A stretch of 64,000 nt of DNA from Octopus sinensis. Taxonomy: Eukaryota. The stretch spans positions 30,504,001 to 30,568,000 of the forward strand of contig NC_043002.1 in NCBI RefSeq assembly GCF_006345805.1, given 5' to 3'. How positions within the stretch are numbered: position 1 is the stretch's first letter; the number at the start of each line of letters is the position of its first letter. Positions 1 through 13,644 of the stretch are shown here, piece by piece. The notes under the pieces were generated by a model. The model had not been told where the DNA came from and did no database searches. It worked only from the letters and a program-made list of their open reading frames with translations. The position numbers were made by a program, and so were the translations under genes.

Positions 1-103
1 GATGTTGTTTTTCTTGTTTCTGCGAGTGCTCCAGTCTCACCCAGAGACTTCAGAACAGCAAGTTGGCCGTTTAATGTGGGTGCTATTTACGCATAACAAT
101 ATC

Positions 104-212
104 TAATATATATATTATATAAATATATATATATAGATATTACATATTACATATTATACATATATATATATTATAGTAGATATATATATCTATATATATA
201 ATAATTATCTAC

Positions 213-247
<35 letters not shown>

Positions 248-305
248 GTATAACATATATATATATACTATATATATTATATATATAATATATATATATA
301 TATAA
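104..305. repeat. Imperfect (TA)n microsatellite, one of dozens in the window
   Basis: Direct reading. Confidence 0.95.
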
Positions 306-344
306 TAATAATCTCAGAATGAGATTTGAAACAGTAATCGCTCG

Positions 345-439
345 ATAATGAAAGTATAGAAGCCATCTTATAATGGCTAACCACATTACCCCCTCCCCAA
401 TGTGGTTAGCCATGATAAGAGGCCTATACTTTACATTAT
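345..439. repeat. Fold-back inverted repeat, ~42-bp arms, 11-nt loop, between (TA)n tracts
   Basis: ataatgaaagtatag...atggctaaccacatt / aatgtggttagccat...ctatactttacattat. Confidence 0.85.
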
Positions 440-879
440 ATATATATATATATATATATATACATTTTCTTATTTGTATATAATATATATATATTCACAG
501 ACTTACACTATATGGCAATAATAGTGAGGATGCAAGAAGGTGGCTATGTGCGTTGTGAGGTACAGAACTGTGAGAGACTCATCTATAATATCCACGTTAT
601 AAAATATTTTGTAGTCTTTCAGGTTTATCCTGAAAACCAACCAGTCATTATCTAAGCATTTACTTCAAAATGTACAGAACGACATATATTCTATCGTCAT
701 GGAATTGAGTTAAAATATAACATAGATATATTTTCTTCCGATTGTTACGTTGCAAAGAAGCCCAGCGCTTAGTCCAGTTTGTAAGTTCTTCGTCAAGACA
801 TTTACATTGCAAATACACCTCCTTACTTCTTTCCTATAAAAAAGACAAAAACAATAGAAATGATCATGAATCTAATTAC

Positions 880-1275
880 ACATCATCATCATAATCATAT
901 CATCATCATCATCATCATCTTCATCATCATCATCACTACCACTTCCATCACAAGAAGCCTGTTATAACACATTTATCCTTATGTGCATTATCACCATCAC
1001 CATTTATCATCGTCATCATCATTGGCGTCGTCATCATCAGCTTTCTCATAATCATCATTATCAGCATCACCAAGCAACAATGTCATCATCTTTGCACCAT
1101 AATTTATTTTGTCATCGTCGTCGTAGTCGTCAACGTCGCCGCCGTTGTCATCGTCGTTATCATGGTCGTTGTCATCATCGGCATCAGCATCGTCGTTGTC
1201 GTCACCGTCGCCATTACCATCATCATCATCATCATAATTATCATCATCATCTTCTCGTCATCGTCATCATCTTCC
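880..1275. repeat. Degenerate (CAT/CGT)n trinucleotide repeat
   Basis: Direct reading; source of the His/Arg- and Met/Thr-rich spurious ORFs. Confidence 0.9.
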
Positions 1276-1880
1276 GCGTCGTCAACAGCAAACTGAATTT
1301 TCCAGAAATCCCATTTATTAGTAATGGAAAGTGTAATGTTATCGATTATTACAGATGTAGAGGAGAACGTTGGGGTTTGGCTGGCTGGCTGGCTGGTTGG
1401 TTGGTTGGTGTTTGGAAGGCGTTTCTTGATTGTGTACGGTGTACGGTGGAGTAGTACCATGCTGTAGCATATGTATGCGTGCATGTATGCCTCTGTGAGC
1501 GCCAAAGTGTATCTGTGGGTATGTGCGTGTGTACACGGTAATATATATGCTGTTGTTGGCTGGTGTCCGATGGTGGTGTGTGGGTATAGATGCCAGGATG
1601 GTGTGAACGACATGTTATATATGAACAAGAAGAAGGAAAGAAGTGGGAGAGAAGGAGAGAACTGACCAATCAGAAACGATAGTTGCTTGCTGGACATGGC
1701 TTGATATCCTGTCAGAAACAATCCCTATGAAATGTAATCTATGAATGGTCAATATTTACCAAACATTGGTGCTATGAACTTTCACAACTGTTTCATTATT
1801 ACCAACAAGTGAAGGCTTCAAAATCGATTACATACAGAGAAATTGTATATATTACACCATCACTCACGTTTCTATATATG

Positions 1881-1883
<3 letters not shown>

Positions 1884-1917
<34 letters not shown>

Positions 1918-1977
1918 TTATCTATCTATCTCTCCTTTCTTGTCTATGTCTCTTTGTCTATCATCTATCTATCTATG

Positions 1978-2044
<67 letters not shown>

Positions 2045-2046
2045 AT
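1884..2046. repeat. (CT)n plus (TATC)n microsatellites
   Basis: Direct reading. Confidence 0.95.
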
Positions 2047-2196
2047 GTTTACTTCTCACTCTGTCAGATTATATGATTCTTCCATTTTAAAGTAACAGGG
2101 ACACATTAACAGGGACACATGCGTACGTACGCATACAAAGACTATCAGGAAGACACACTCGCATACAAACACATACAGACATGCACTCACACACAG

Positions 2197-2236
<40 letters not shown>

Positions 2237-2369
2237 AGAAAGAAAGAGAGAGATCAGGAACGACGTGTGATAGCTAAGACAAGGCATGATGTGTTAAACT
2301 CAACGCCATGTATGTTTGTGTGTATGTATGTATGTATGTATGTATGTATGTGTGTTTGTGTGTGTGTGT

Positions 2370-2404
<35 letters not shown>

Positions 2405-2475
2405 CTTTACAATTGTTTCTCAGAAAAATGAAAGTTTTATATTAAAATCTAATTTGTTATTTATGTATATATGTG

Positions 2476-2688
2476 CTTTTTCTACTCTAGGCACAAGGCC
2501 TGAATTTTGGGAGGAAGAGGCCAGTCGATTAGATAGACCCCAGTACGCAAATGGTACTTAATTTATCGACCCCGAAAGTTTGAAAGCAAAGTCGACCTCG
2601 GTGGAATTTGAACTCAGAACATAAAGACAGACGAAATACCGCTAAGCTTTTCATCCGGCGTGCTAACGTTTCTGCCAGTTCACTGCCT
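2476..2688 (-). mobile_element. tRNA-headed SINE family A, monomer with tail 2
   Basis: Minus strand: box A-like tggcagaaacgttag, box B gagttcaaattcc, central gtcgactttgctttcaaactttcggggtcgataaattaagtacc (Meta/MESC-like domain, from recall), tail ccttgtgcctagagtagaaaa; many copies in window. Confidence 0.88.
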
Positions 2689-2829
2689 TATGTATGTGTA
2701 TATGTGGGCGAATCTTTGTAGTTATATTTGCATTTCTATGTATTCATGCAAAAAAGAGTATGCATACATATAAGTTTGTGTGCATATATATGCATATTAT
2801 CTTTCTTTATCTTTCTTTTAGCTATTCCT

Positions 2830-3020
2830 TATTTTAGTCATTGGACTCGAGCCACGCTGGAGCATCGCCTTAAGGAGTTTAGTCAAACAAATTAACTCCA
2901 GCACTTTTTTATGCCTGGTATTATTCTATTGGCCTCTTTTGGAAAGCCGCTAATTTGCCTGGACATAAAAAAACCAACACTGGCTGTCAAGCAGAGATGG
3001 TTGATAAACACAAACACGCA
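2830..3020 (-). mobile_element. SINE family B, 3' half, diverged
   Basis: Aligns by eye to the reverse complement of 44340-44520. Confidence 0.8.
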
Positions 3021-3023
3021 TAG

Positions 3024-3069
<46 letters not shown>

Positions 3070-3189
3070 ACACTCAAACAGTCTGCCAAAATGAAAATTG
3101 TAGAAATATTTTAATACTAATTTTATCAAGATATTACGGAATTAATGTAAGCTAATCTGTAACGGTTTTTCCGTAATTTTTTTTCTTTT

Positions 3190-3680
3190 TTAGCGTGTGG
3201 ACGAAGCAATCAATTTACTGCGCTTAATGTCTAAGGTGGAATTACATCAAGGACTATTTTCCTTTAAAAGCAGTGTTACTGGTCAAGCATACCTACACAC
3301 ATCTATTTTATCTGCCATGCATGCATTTTTTGGAAATGTCGAAATTTGCTTCAACTGGACGGCGCACCTCTACAATACCGCAGAAACGTGCTAGCTTACG
3401 TGGATGAGAATATGCAAGGACACTGGATAGGACGAAGGTGTGCAGTTGAAATCCTCAAACGTTCTCCTGATTTAACATCTGCAGAATGTTACGTATGGGG
3501 TATCTTAAAGGATGTCGTGTACTGCTGAAAACCGGCTGCACGGTGGTCCTTTCGGAAGAAATTAATACAGCATGTGCAGCAAGCTCACTGAACACGTTGT
3601 CTAACGTTGTCCAAACAGCAGTTGACCATGCTAATACATGCCAGGAAGCTAATGTCCACCACTTTCAGCATCTCTTGTAA
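3190..3680 (+). pseudogene. Tc1/mariner-superfamily transposase C-terminal remnant, frameshifted
   Basis: Joined frames give SVTGQAYL...QLDGAPLQYRRNVLAYVDENMQGHWIGRRCAVEILKRSPDLTSAECYVWGILKDVVY...HHFQHLL*, matching the QQDGAPPH/WIGR/RSPDL/LWG motifs. Confidence 0.85.
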
Positions 3681-3764
3681 TTTCAGCAATCTATGGTAAC
3701 TTGTGTTAATACCCTGATGTCTGAATAAATTTAGTATTAAACTATTTCTGCACGTTTTTCTTAA

Positions 3765-3800
3765 AGTTTACATTATTTTTGTGTGTGAGTACACACATGT

Positions 3801-3853
<53 letters not shown>

Positions 3854-3903
3854 TATATATAATATATACATGTGTGTACTCACACACAAAATTAATGTAA
3901 ACT
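3765..3903. repeat. Inverted repeat centred on a (TA)n tract
   Basis: agtttacattatttttgtgtgtgagtacacacatgtata / tatacatgtgtgtactcacacacaaaattaatgtaaact. Confidence 0.9.
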
Positions 3904-3985
3904 GGAAGAATCATATAATCTGACAGAGTGAGAAGTAAACATATAGGTAGATAGATAGATAGATACATACATAGATACATAGATA
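3903..3985 (-). repeat. Inverted duplicate of ~1970-2084
   Basis: 3903-3946 is the exact reverse complement of 2041-2084 and continues into (GATA)n. Confidence 0.9.
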
Positions 3986-4004
3986 CATATATATATGTAT
4001 GTAT

Positions 4005-4906
4005 GTTGGGTAATCCCATAAATAATTTTTTTTTTTTCAGTTGCATGAAATAAAAGTTGGAGGTGGGTGGAATAAACTACCTGCATCAACTTACTACAAA
4101 AGCATGTAATAATAAAACCCTGGTCTTATTCTTAGTGCAAGTTTTGAAGAGCGCAGTTCGATTTTAACAGTTCATTTTTCAAAGCTATAATAGAAGTGAT
4201 AAAGGAACATATTCGGCATATTTTGTTTTATGAGTTCAATAAAGCAACAACGCAACGGAAAGTGCAAGTAATATCAATGCAGTTTATGGGGTTCAGAGAA
4301 TAATCGTAAGCCAGTGTCAACGGTGGTTCCAGAAATTCCGAGCCGGAAACTACATTCTAGAAGACGAGCCTAGTCCGGGAAGATGTGTAGAGCTTTTTGT
4401 CCTGCAAACCCTGGAGGAACAAAATCCGATCGTGGCTGTCGAGGAACTAGCAGAGAAGCTTGGATTTTGTCATTCAACTAGCCATTCAAGTCAGCGCTAG
4501 AAGAAAAACGACCATTTTGGTTTCAAAACGAAAGGTGTTCTCCCATCATACTCGGCCACATACAGTAAGTATGGCATTCCAAAGACTGTAGTAGTTTGAA
4601 CGGGAAACGATGCCCAACCCACCATATTCGCCAGACATTGCCTCATCTGATTATCATTTATTCCGCAGTCTTCAAAGTCATTTGGACGGAAGAATATGAA
4701 TTCTGTAGACGAGGTTAGAACAGTACTGGAAGTGTTTTTTTTTTTTGTCACTTCTGAATGAATTTTGAAAGAGGGCCCTTACAAGTCTACCAGTCAAATA
4801 GAAGAGCATTACAGAAAATGGAGAATATATTTTAGATTAAAAAAGAAATTTATCTCAATTTGAAAAAAAAAAATTTTAAACCGCATTATTTATGGGATGA
4901 CCTTGT
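4005..4906 (+). mobile_element. Mariner element, internally deleted and decayed
   Basis: TIRs gggtaatcccataaataat / attatttatgggatgacc; remnants KEHIRHILFYEFNK, QCQRWFQKFRAGNYILEDEP, PPYSPDIASSDYHLFRSLQ. Confidence 0.9.
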
Positions 4907-6199
4907 ATGTATATATATAAAAGCTTTGTAGTTCGCTTGAAGCATTGGAGTATTGAAAAAGGGGAAGGAAAGGGAAAATAAGAAAGCATCTGAGAATGCA
5001 GAAAATTTCACAATACCATTATATTTCAGGCGTATTTGAGAAAGAGTAAGAGAGAAAAAAAGGAAGAGAATGTTATACTTAAGCAGAATGAAAGAGCAAG
5101 ATGGAAGCAGAGTAACTAAGGAAGTGAAGGGCATCAATGCTAGGTGCTGAGTGACAGAGTGAATAATAAATAAATAACCAAACAAATAAATGTTATGCGA
5201 ATGATGTTGGTTGTATTTCTCAGTGACACTATTTAAGCAATATTTAAAGTAATGCTTCGCAGCAGATTAACGCAGAAGAAAACCGATTGTCTTTTGTATT
5301 ATATTTTCTGGTGATAAAAGATATTTTCTTTGTGTATAATAATACATCGTTGTCATCGAATTTCGCTGTTGAGCGTGTACGACAATTCTTTATCGGTCGG
5401 TAAATATCAGCATTGATCAGCGAACAGTTTGTTCACTGAAATAATAAAGAAAACCAACAGGTCTTGTTGGATTCATTGGATCCCAATACGTTTGGCTAAT
5501 GCGACTCAACAGGTCAAAAAGAAAAAAAAAAAACGTGTGTTCCAGAATACCTTACACTGATGAGGTGAAAATATTCTGAACATATATTCCTCGTAAAGAA
5601 GCTGTTCTCTTCACGTGATTAACACAAAACTGGCTAGCATATATTCACGCTCGAATCTTCAAATGTTCTGCAAACAACTTGCACATGCAAGGATTACCGG
5701 TCGAAAGCTCTGCATACCAGAAACCAGCAAGTATATGGAGTCATCAGGAGAGAATGCGCGCCGTTTCGGTGTCTACCTCTCGACGGAATCAATGCGCATC
5801 ACCCCTCTCGCTGATATGAGGCCCCGCTTGCTCGATCAACTGGTTATCAAAATAAGCTCAATATTCGTATACCCATCGCTCATCGTCCCTTTTTTAACCA
5901 CATCTAATGGCTAACCATTTTCATGTTGTTTGGGTATCGGTCATGGTGGTATTTACTTTACGATGAGTTAGGCCTAATGATAGCAACAGTCGCCTCACAC
6001 TGTGTGCAACAAATCCTCTACATCCAACTTCGATTGGAAAATGCTTCGCATTCCAGACTGCGTTTTCACAATCCTCGAGGAGGTTTACATAATTGTCAGT
6101 GTTTCAAGCCCGAGCGGCGTCCATGTTACCTTCACGAGGAACCTCGACTAAATTTACAAGTCATTGCATTGAATTACACTGTCTAAGGTGCATACGACG

Positions 6200-6250
<51 letters not shown>

Positions 6251-6253
<3 letters not shown>

Positions 6254-6402
6254 GATAGATTTGTATGAATATACTTGAATATATGTGTTTAACACACACG
6301 CTCACATATATAATATCACATATAACTATTATATATTTAAGTGTGTGTGTATGTGCGTGCATACACACATATATGCACGTATATTCATACTAATCTATCA
6401 CC
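6251..6402. repeat. Inverted repeat, 38-bp arms, ~76-nt spacer, between (TA)n tracts
   Basis: ggtgatagatttgtatgaatatacttgaatatatgtgt / acacatatatgcacgtatattcatactaatctatcacc. Confidence 0.85.
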
Positions 6403-6458
6403 ATATCTCTATCAATTTATATATTATATATATATATATATATATTATATAATATTAT

Positions 6459-6492
<34 letters not shown>

Positions 6493-6680
6493 GACGCTTA
6501 AAGACAAACTCGTAGTAGATATTTGTTTAAGATTTCCTCTTCATTTACAGAAAAGTAACAATGGTTAGTGGCAAATGTTAAAGTCTTTGAAAGAAAAAGA
6601 TAATTACAAGATTTCATGCTTTAAGGCGGGGCTTCCTGATCTTTGTTTGCACGTCAGTGGCAACTATGTGCATGCGTTTC

Positions 6681-6912
6681 CTATTTCTCTACTAGCCACA
6701 AGGGGCTAAACACAGAGGGGACAAACAAGGACAGACAAAGCGATTAAGTCGATTCCATCGGCCCCAGTGCGTAACTGGTACTTAATTTATCGACCCCGAA
6801 AGGATGAAAGGCAAAGTCGACCTCGGCGGAATTTGAACTCAGAACGTAACGGCAGACGAAATACGGCTACGCATTTCGCCCGGCGTGCTACCGTTTCTGC
6901 CAGCTCGCCGCC
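6681..6912 (-). mobile_element. SINE family A, young monomer with tail 1 and 18-bp TSD
   Basis: Head ggcggcgagctggcagaaacgg, box B gagttcaaattcc; perfect TSD actatgtgcatgcgtttc at 6663-6680 and 6913-6930. Confidence 0.95.
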
Positions 6913-7085
6913 ACTATGTGCATGCGTTTCGCTATATATGTTACCGCCAGTATATCACAGACTATGAATAGACTGCACTCTGCTGAGTGTTCGAATATAC
7001 GTGTTGACTTGAAGTCCAGGTGTCTTCCATATTAACAGTATTTATATTTTCTAAATGTACTGATCTATAGTCTCCTTGTAGTTAG

Positions 7086-7120
<35 letters not shown>

Positions 7121-7489
7121 TCCTTTTTGGTCTACAACTTCAATGGACGATTTTATTTATAATCAAAGTTATACAACTCGCTATATTATATATTTAACAG
7201 CGTACCGTAGTTCTCTTTATGTACATCTATCTTCATCCCCTTCACTTTTTTTTATTCCTTTCCACTTTCTTATTTCCATTCCTGGTCTATATGACACACA
7301 CACACACATATGCCGATACGACGGCATATGCACAATGCGCAAGTATACATGTTTATATATATATGTGGAGATTTGTTGTACTTGAGAAGACGCGTCAAGG
7401 TAAGTAACCTCACAACCATCCATAGACACTGGAATTCCCCACTCTCTCTAGGAGCTGAGAGGTCTTGCAAATGCTGTTGCCACGTAAAA

Positions 7490-7710
7490 TGCCATCGTGC
7501 CTGTGGTACGTAAACGCACACGTACCTGTTGCACGTAAAAGGTCTCCAGCACACTATGTAGAGTGGTTGGCGTTAGGAAGGGCATCGAGCCGTAGAAACC
7601 ATGCCAAATAAGACTATTGGAGTATGAACAGCTCTCCAGTTAGCCAGCTCCCGTCAAACCGTCCAACCCATGCCAGCATGGGAAGAGGACGTTAAATTAT
7701 GATTATAATT
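7490..7710 (+). mobile_element. 3' part of a probable RTE-dependent SINE or non-autonomous element
   Basis: ggcgttaggaagggcatcgagccgtagaaacc ... aacccatgccagcatgggaagaggacgttaaattatga end motif; family from recall. Confidence 0.6.
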
Positions 7711-7747
7711 ACACTCACACATACTGTATATACATATACACCTACAC

Positions 7748-7780
<33 letters not shown>

Positions 7781-8044
7781 CACACACAACACACACACAT
7801 GTGTCTACTTTATATTTGTGAAAAGGGCGGACGTTGACTCACAAGCAGTTGTGCAGGCAAAAGTGTTAGTAAATGTGGTTGGATTGAACTGAAAATTTGC
7901 ACACCTATGTTAAAAGTGCTGGGGAGTTTGCATGGCAACTTTGAGTTTGCTCAATTTAAAGGCATAGCCTCTAGGGCAAAATTCTTTATCTTTAAAATGT
8001 GGCCCGAGTAGACCCGATTGAAATCGGGTTATAATACTAGTTTA

Positions 8045-8087
<43 letters not shown>

Positions 8088-8503
8088 AAAGGGCACAGAA
8101 GGCGCCTACCTGCTAGAAAGTGGAATTAAAATCCTACCAATAACACTGAAAAATACAACAGAAAACAACAGTATTCGGGCGAACGGGTGAAGAATTTCGA
8201 CATACCATCACAGCAAAATGCTATATAGTCAGTCTGGCATAGACAGACAAATAGACATATATGAACATACGTGTCATATGTATGTCTGTGTGTTTTTATG
8301 ATGTAAAGATATGCCTTGATGCTTATGTTTAGATGACATAAACACCCAGACATACGTATACACATCTATACATACCCACATACACAAATCGTTAAAAAAT
8401 CTGAACGCGTACGAGCATGTGTTGCTGTACAATTCTGTTTGTGTCTGTGCGTGCTCGTATCGTTCTTTGCTTCTTTTATCTTTTTATATAATATATATAA
8501 AAC

Positions 8504-8569
<66 letters not shown>

Positions 8570-9136
8570 CTCTCTCTTTTTTTCTGTCCATTATTACGTC
8601 ATTAATCACTTCCAAACACTTTTAACCTGTCACCTAGCAAATTTTCCCCTCTCTTCTTTGATCTCACGTTCATTTTATAGTTCTCTCCACTTCATCTGTA
8701 TTTTACCTTACTTTTTCACCTAACTATCCGCCACCTCCCTCTCTCTTTCTCGCCCACACTCTTACTAAACCCCTATCTGACGTCATCACTTACTATTTTC
8801 TCTCTAAACTGTATTAATCGTACTCTCGTCAACTCCTAGCTTGCATCTTAGATATTCCTTCGTATTCCCTTACTGTTTCAAGCTATTCGTCTCTCTTTAC
8901 TCCTACCCTGACTTTCTTTTCATCTGTCTATCTCTCTTCCTCTCTCTGCTTCTCTCTCTCTCTCTCGCTCTCGCTCTCTCTCTATCCGTCTCTTTTACTC
9001 ACATGCACACAAATATATATACACCCAAACACTGTCTGTCATTTTCCCATTTCTTTTTCATTATCACACTATCGTTCCTGTTCCTTTACTATAAATGTCA
9101 TAGATATTTAACACACTCTATCTCTTGCCACCTCCG

Positions 9137-9180
<44 letters not shown>

Positions 9181-9721
9181 TCTCTCTCTCTTTCTCCTCA
9201 TTCACACGACTTCATCATCTAATATCAACTCAGAAATATACATACAGAGAATGAGCCTCTCTCTCTCTCTCTCTCTCTCTCAGTCTATCTCCATTATCCT
9301 CTCCATCATTCTTACCCTTCACATTTCTACCACACTCTCGGCACTCATTGATTTATCGGTCCAGTTTGACGTCCAGAGGCTGCAAGACAAATACAATGTA
9401 TAAACATTCTCCAGTTGAGATGACACTATTTCTATTTGCTGATCATCCTGGCTTTTCCGCTCAAACTTATAACTATATTGCAAGAGAATTAGAGATTCTT
9501 TTTCTTCCATTTCTCACGTCCATTTGCTGAGTTTGCTGATATTCCCCACTTTGCAAAGAAAGTCATAGCAGTGGCAGCTATCTTCATCATTCCTCTTCAA
9601 ATTAATTCTCCTTTACTCACCCTCTTTTTCTGAATGTTACTCTCTCTTTTCTCACTCCCCCTCTCTCCTCACCTCCACATATGTGTTCACTACAATGCTA
9701 TATATATAAATATATATATAT

Positions 9722-9770
<49 letters not shown>

Positions 9771-9832
9771 ATATATATATATGTGTGTGTATGTATCTAC
9801 TTATATATATATGTGCGTGTGTGCTTATATAT

Positions 9833-9884
<52 letters not shown>

Positions 9885-10851
9885 TATATATACGTGTGTA
9901 TCATCTCTTTTAGTCCTCTTATTCTATTTCATTCTTACAAAGTCTCTAATTTATATATTTGTCTGTGTGTGTGTATGTGTGTATGTGTAAGATAGATAGA
10001 TATGGACATATACCTATATGTCACAATAGACACACATACACACACACATATACAAACTTACGTACACACACAGACACACACACATATACATACACATACG
10101 TATACGCACACACATTATATTATATATTCGTTTTTCTCATTTATTCTCTACCACCTTATGTTTCTTTGTCTCTCTGATCAGATCAGCTATTCGTTTCTCT
10201 CCCTCCCTCTGTCTCTCTTCTCTTCCTCAGTCTCTCCTCCTCACTCTCTCTCTCAATCCAGACCTCTTTAGATCACTATTCCCCATGCTCTCACTCTCCT
10301 CCTCTATCTGACTTTCACTACTACTCCTCCCTCTTTCCTTATCTCAAACTTTTACCACTTTCCTGCTTCCAACACTTTCCTTTCTCCTAATAGATTTCCT
10401 CTCTCTTTTATTTTCCTTCTGTCTTCAAGCATCCCACGTTCCAAGCTACTCCCTCCTTTGCACTTTCAGAGATACGCATTTCAACTCAATTCTCTTAATA
10501 CTCCACACATCACGAGGAAGAAAATGTAAACATAACGATTGTAAAAGTACGAGAGAGTGAGAAACAGCTGAAGAGAGAGAGAGAGAGAAAGAGGAGACAG
10601 GAGAAAAAGGAAGAGAGACAGAGACAGAGAGACAGAGTGAGTGATTGGATAAATAGTGAAAGAGATGCGACAAAAACAAAGACAATTAGTGACAAAGGGA
10701 TATCTACCACAAGGTAAATATAATAACAGACGTTATATATCGAGGGAAGAGAAAAGAATAAGAGACAGACAGGTGTACGTTAAAAGAGAGGGAGAACGTT
10801 GTAAAGTGAGTAACTGCATTACAAGGCGATTCCATGGTCGTATTTCTCTCA

Positions 10852-11373
10852 ATTATTTCTAAATTAGACGCAAGGCCAGGAGTATTTTAAGGAAAGAAAT
10901 TCGTAGATGCCATTCACCCCAGTATTTGATTGGTACTTTAATTTAGCAACCCTGCAGGAGGGGAAGGCAAAGGATAACTTCCATAGTTCTCATTCTCTAA
11001 ATTACAATCGAGGTTTATATGAACATATTTAAGTCTAATGACATGATATTTGAATTCTGATTTGTTCTTTTCTTGTTTAATTTTGTTTTTTGTTGGGTTT
11101 TTTTCACATTGTTTTTGCAAGAGCATTTCATTTAGATTTTGAAAGTTAACAACAAAGGAGGAGGTGGTGGAGAAGAAGAAGAAGACGAAGAAGAAGAAGA
11201 AGAAGAAGAAGAAGAAGAAGAAGAAGAAGAAGAAGAAGAAGAAGAAGAAGAAGAAGAAGAAGAGGAAGGAGAAGGAGGTGGAGGAGGAGGAAAGTCAATC
11301 TTGGTAGCATTTGGACTCAGAACGTAAGGCCGGAAGAAATGCTGCTAAACACTGTCTCTGCTAGCTCTCTGCT

Positions 11374-11375
<2 letters not shown>
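10852..11375 (-). mobile_element. Old SINE A fragments separated by unique DNA and a (GAA)n tract (11172-11265)
   Basis: ccccagtatttgattggtact...ggcaaag at 10917-10972; aaagtcaatcttggtagcatttggactcagaacgtaa at 11291. Confidence 0.6.
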
Positions 11376-11411
<36 letters not shown>

Positions 11412-13029
11412 TTTATTATTATTATTATTATTATTTTTATTTTTCAAATTTTTGCTGATGACCCGCAATTTTAGGAAAAGTCTTTAGTCAATGCCATCGA
11501 CCCCAGTAAGTGACTGGTACTTTATTTTATCAGTGATGGAGTGGAGTCTGAGTCTGAGTGAAACAGTTGATATTCATTTTTTCATGTTTAACACAGAGAC
11601 TAGAACACAGATTATAAGGTGGAATAGTCAAAACAATTTAGTCAATTGGCTGTACTCCACTCCTTGATTGTCATCGAATGTTATTTATCTCGAAATGACG
11701 AAAGCAAAATTCGAACTCGCCATACCTAAATAACAGTTTCTAATTTAGGTACAAAGCTCGTTATTTTGCTAGGAGGGAGTTATATCCCACTGGCCCATGG
11801 TACTTGAGTTGTACTTGATTTTACTGACTCCAACGGTATTTGTATTCAGAATGAAAATAACCAGTTCAAATAACTCAAAGGTTGTATGTATGTATGTATG
11901 TATGTATGTATGAATGTATGTATGTATGTATGTCACTATTCAGTTTATTTCAATATTTCTTGCCAGAGTAAACGAGTTAAGAGTATATAATTCAAATATG
12001 TTGACAAATATCGAAATATCTTGCGCTTTTCACCTATATGTGCGTATTCCTGTGTGCATGTATTTAAATCTAAGGGTACCAACTCATGTTGAATCATATA
12101 AATTACCATACAACTCTAATGTCTATAAACGATACCTACACCTATGTCCGTTTTTAAGAATGCTCCTCAACTTGTACACAATTTCTCGTTTGTTACTTCG
12201 GCCATGTATTACAAAAAAACACCTCATCTTTATACTCACTTACATTTTACTTAACCAATTGTTTCTCACTCACTCTTTATTTGCTCTTTTACAGCGTTCT
12301 ATTTCATTGTTATGCGTTTAGCGTGACAGCAAATAAACGTACATAGCTAGTTATGTGTTGATGTATACGTATTTGATATATATGCATATATATGCTGATA
12401 TAATGTATATCCTTACGTACATATACACACACACGCGCGCAAACATATCTTCACATACAAACATATATACAAAAAACTGTGGATTTTGTAGGTTTGAGTG
12501 TGTATGTGTGTAAATATATACGCATACAGAGAACGAAAAAGACAGACAGAGACACAGATATTCACACACACGTACACACACACACAGTAGATATCGTAGT
12601 TTATAAACAATAGATCCATATTACTAGATTTTACAGCCTGTTCATTTTCTTGAAAATGGCAAAAGAAAAAGAAAAAAATAGAGACACAACGAAAGAACGA
12701 AACGGAAAACATAACTAGAATAATAATAAAAAATAAATCTACAAAAATTAAAACAAGTGAAAAAAAACACAGAACATGAAACGACGTTGTTAATTAATTA
12801 TAAAGCTATTATTTTTGTAGTTCTAGTTGTTGTCAGCTCACTGAGAAATCTGTATATAATAAGTCGAACCTGTTGTTTTACCTCAAATATGGAGGTGGAA
12901 GGAATACAGATGTGACTGATTATGTATATACTAGCAAATATACACACATTACCACGCACCCATACACACACAGACACATATATACATAGATGAGTGTGCG
13001 TGCGCGTATATATATATTGATATGAATAT

Positions 13030-13077
<48 letters not shown>

Positions 13078-13088
13078 CTTTACATAAA

Positions 13089-13120
<32 letters not shown>

Positions 13121-13581
13121 GGCAGAAGAATCTTATATGTATTTTTAAATGGTTATAATATGTCTGTGTAAATATATATATAATATATAAGTATACACTA
13201 CTACATACATATTTCATCTCGCTCTTTCTTTTTTTGTGCTTTGCCACTCTAAATAAATAAATATATACTCTCACACATGCACACACGCTCATACACACAC
13301 ACATACAGACACATTCAAGTACGCACACATATTGAGAGAGGAATTTACTTAACACATGTTCCTCATCTGCAAACCATTTCCAGCATCCACCAAAATCATG
13401 GCTCTTCTTTCTCTTCACTCGCTCTCCCCCACTCTCTTTCTCCCTTTCTCCCTTTCTCCACCCTTCTCTTTCGGCATATCAAAATTTCCTTCTCTGTATC
13501 ATCACCATATGGCTCACGTATGGCCTACGTTTATATATATATATTATATATATATATATATTATATATATATATATTATAT

Positions 13582-13644
<63 letters not shown>

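Noticed and set aside
5557-5610. CTGATGAGG...cctcgtaaagaagctgttc as a hammerhead
   Set aside because: GAAA box and stem I are not intact; at most a decayed relative.
5340-6200. Complex-sequence block with ORFs 5615-5914 and 5923-6186 and a faint integrase-like SSAYQKP
   Set aside because: No convincing motif series in any frame; probably an old element but unclassifiable by eye.
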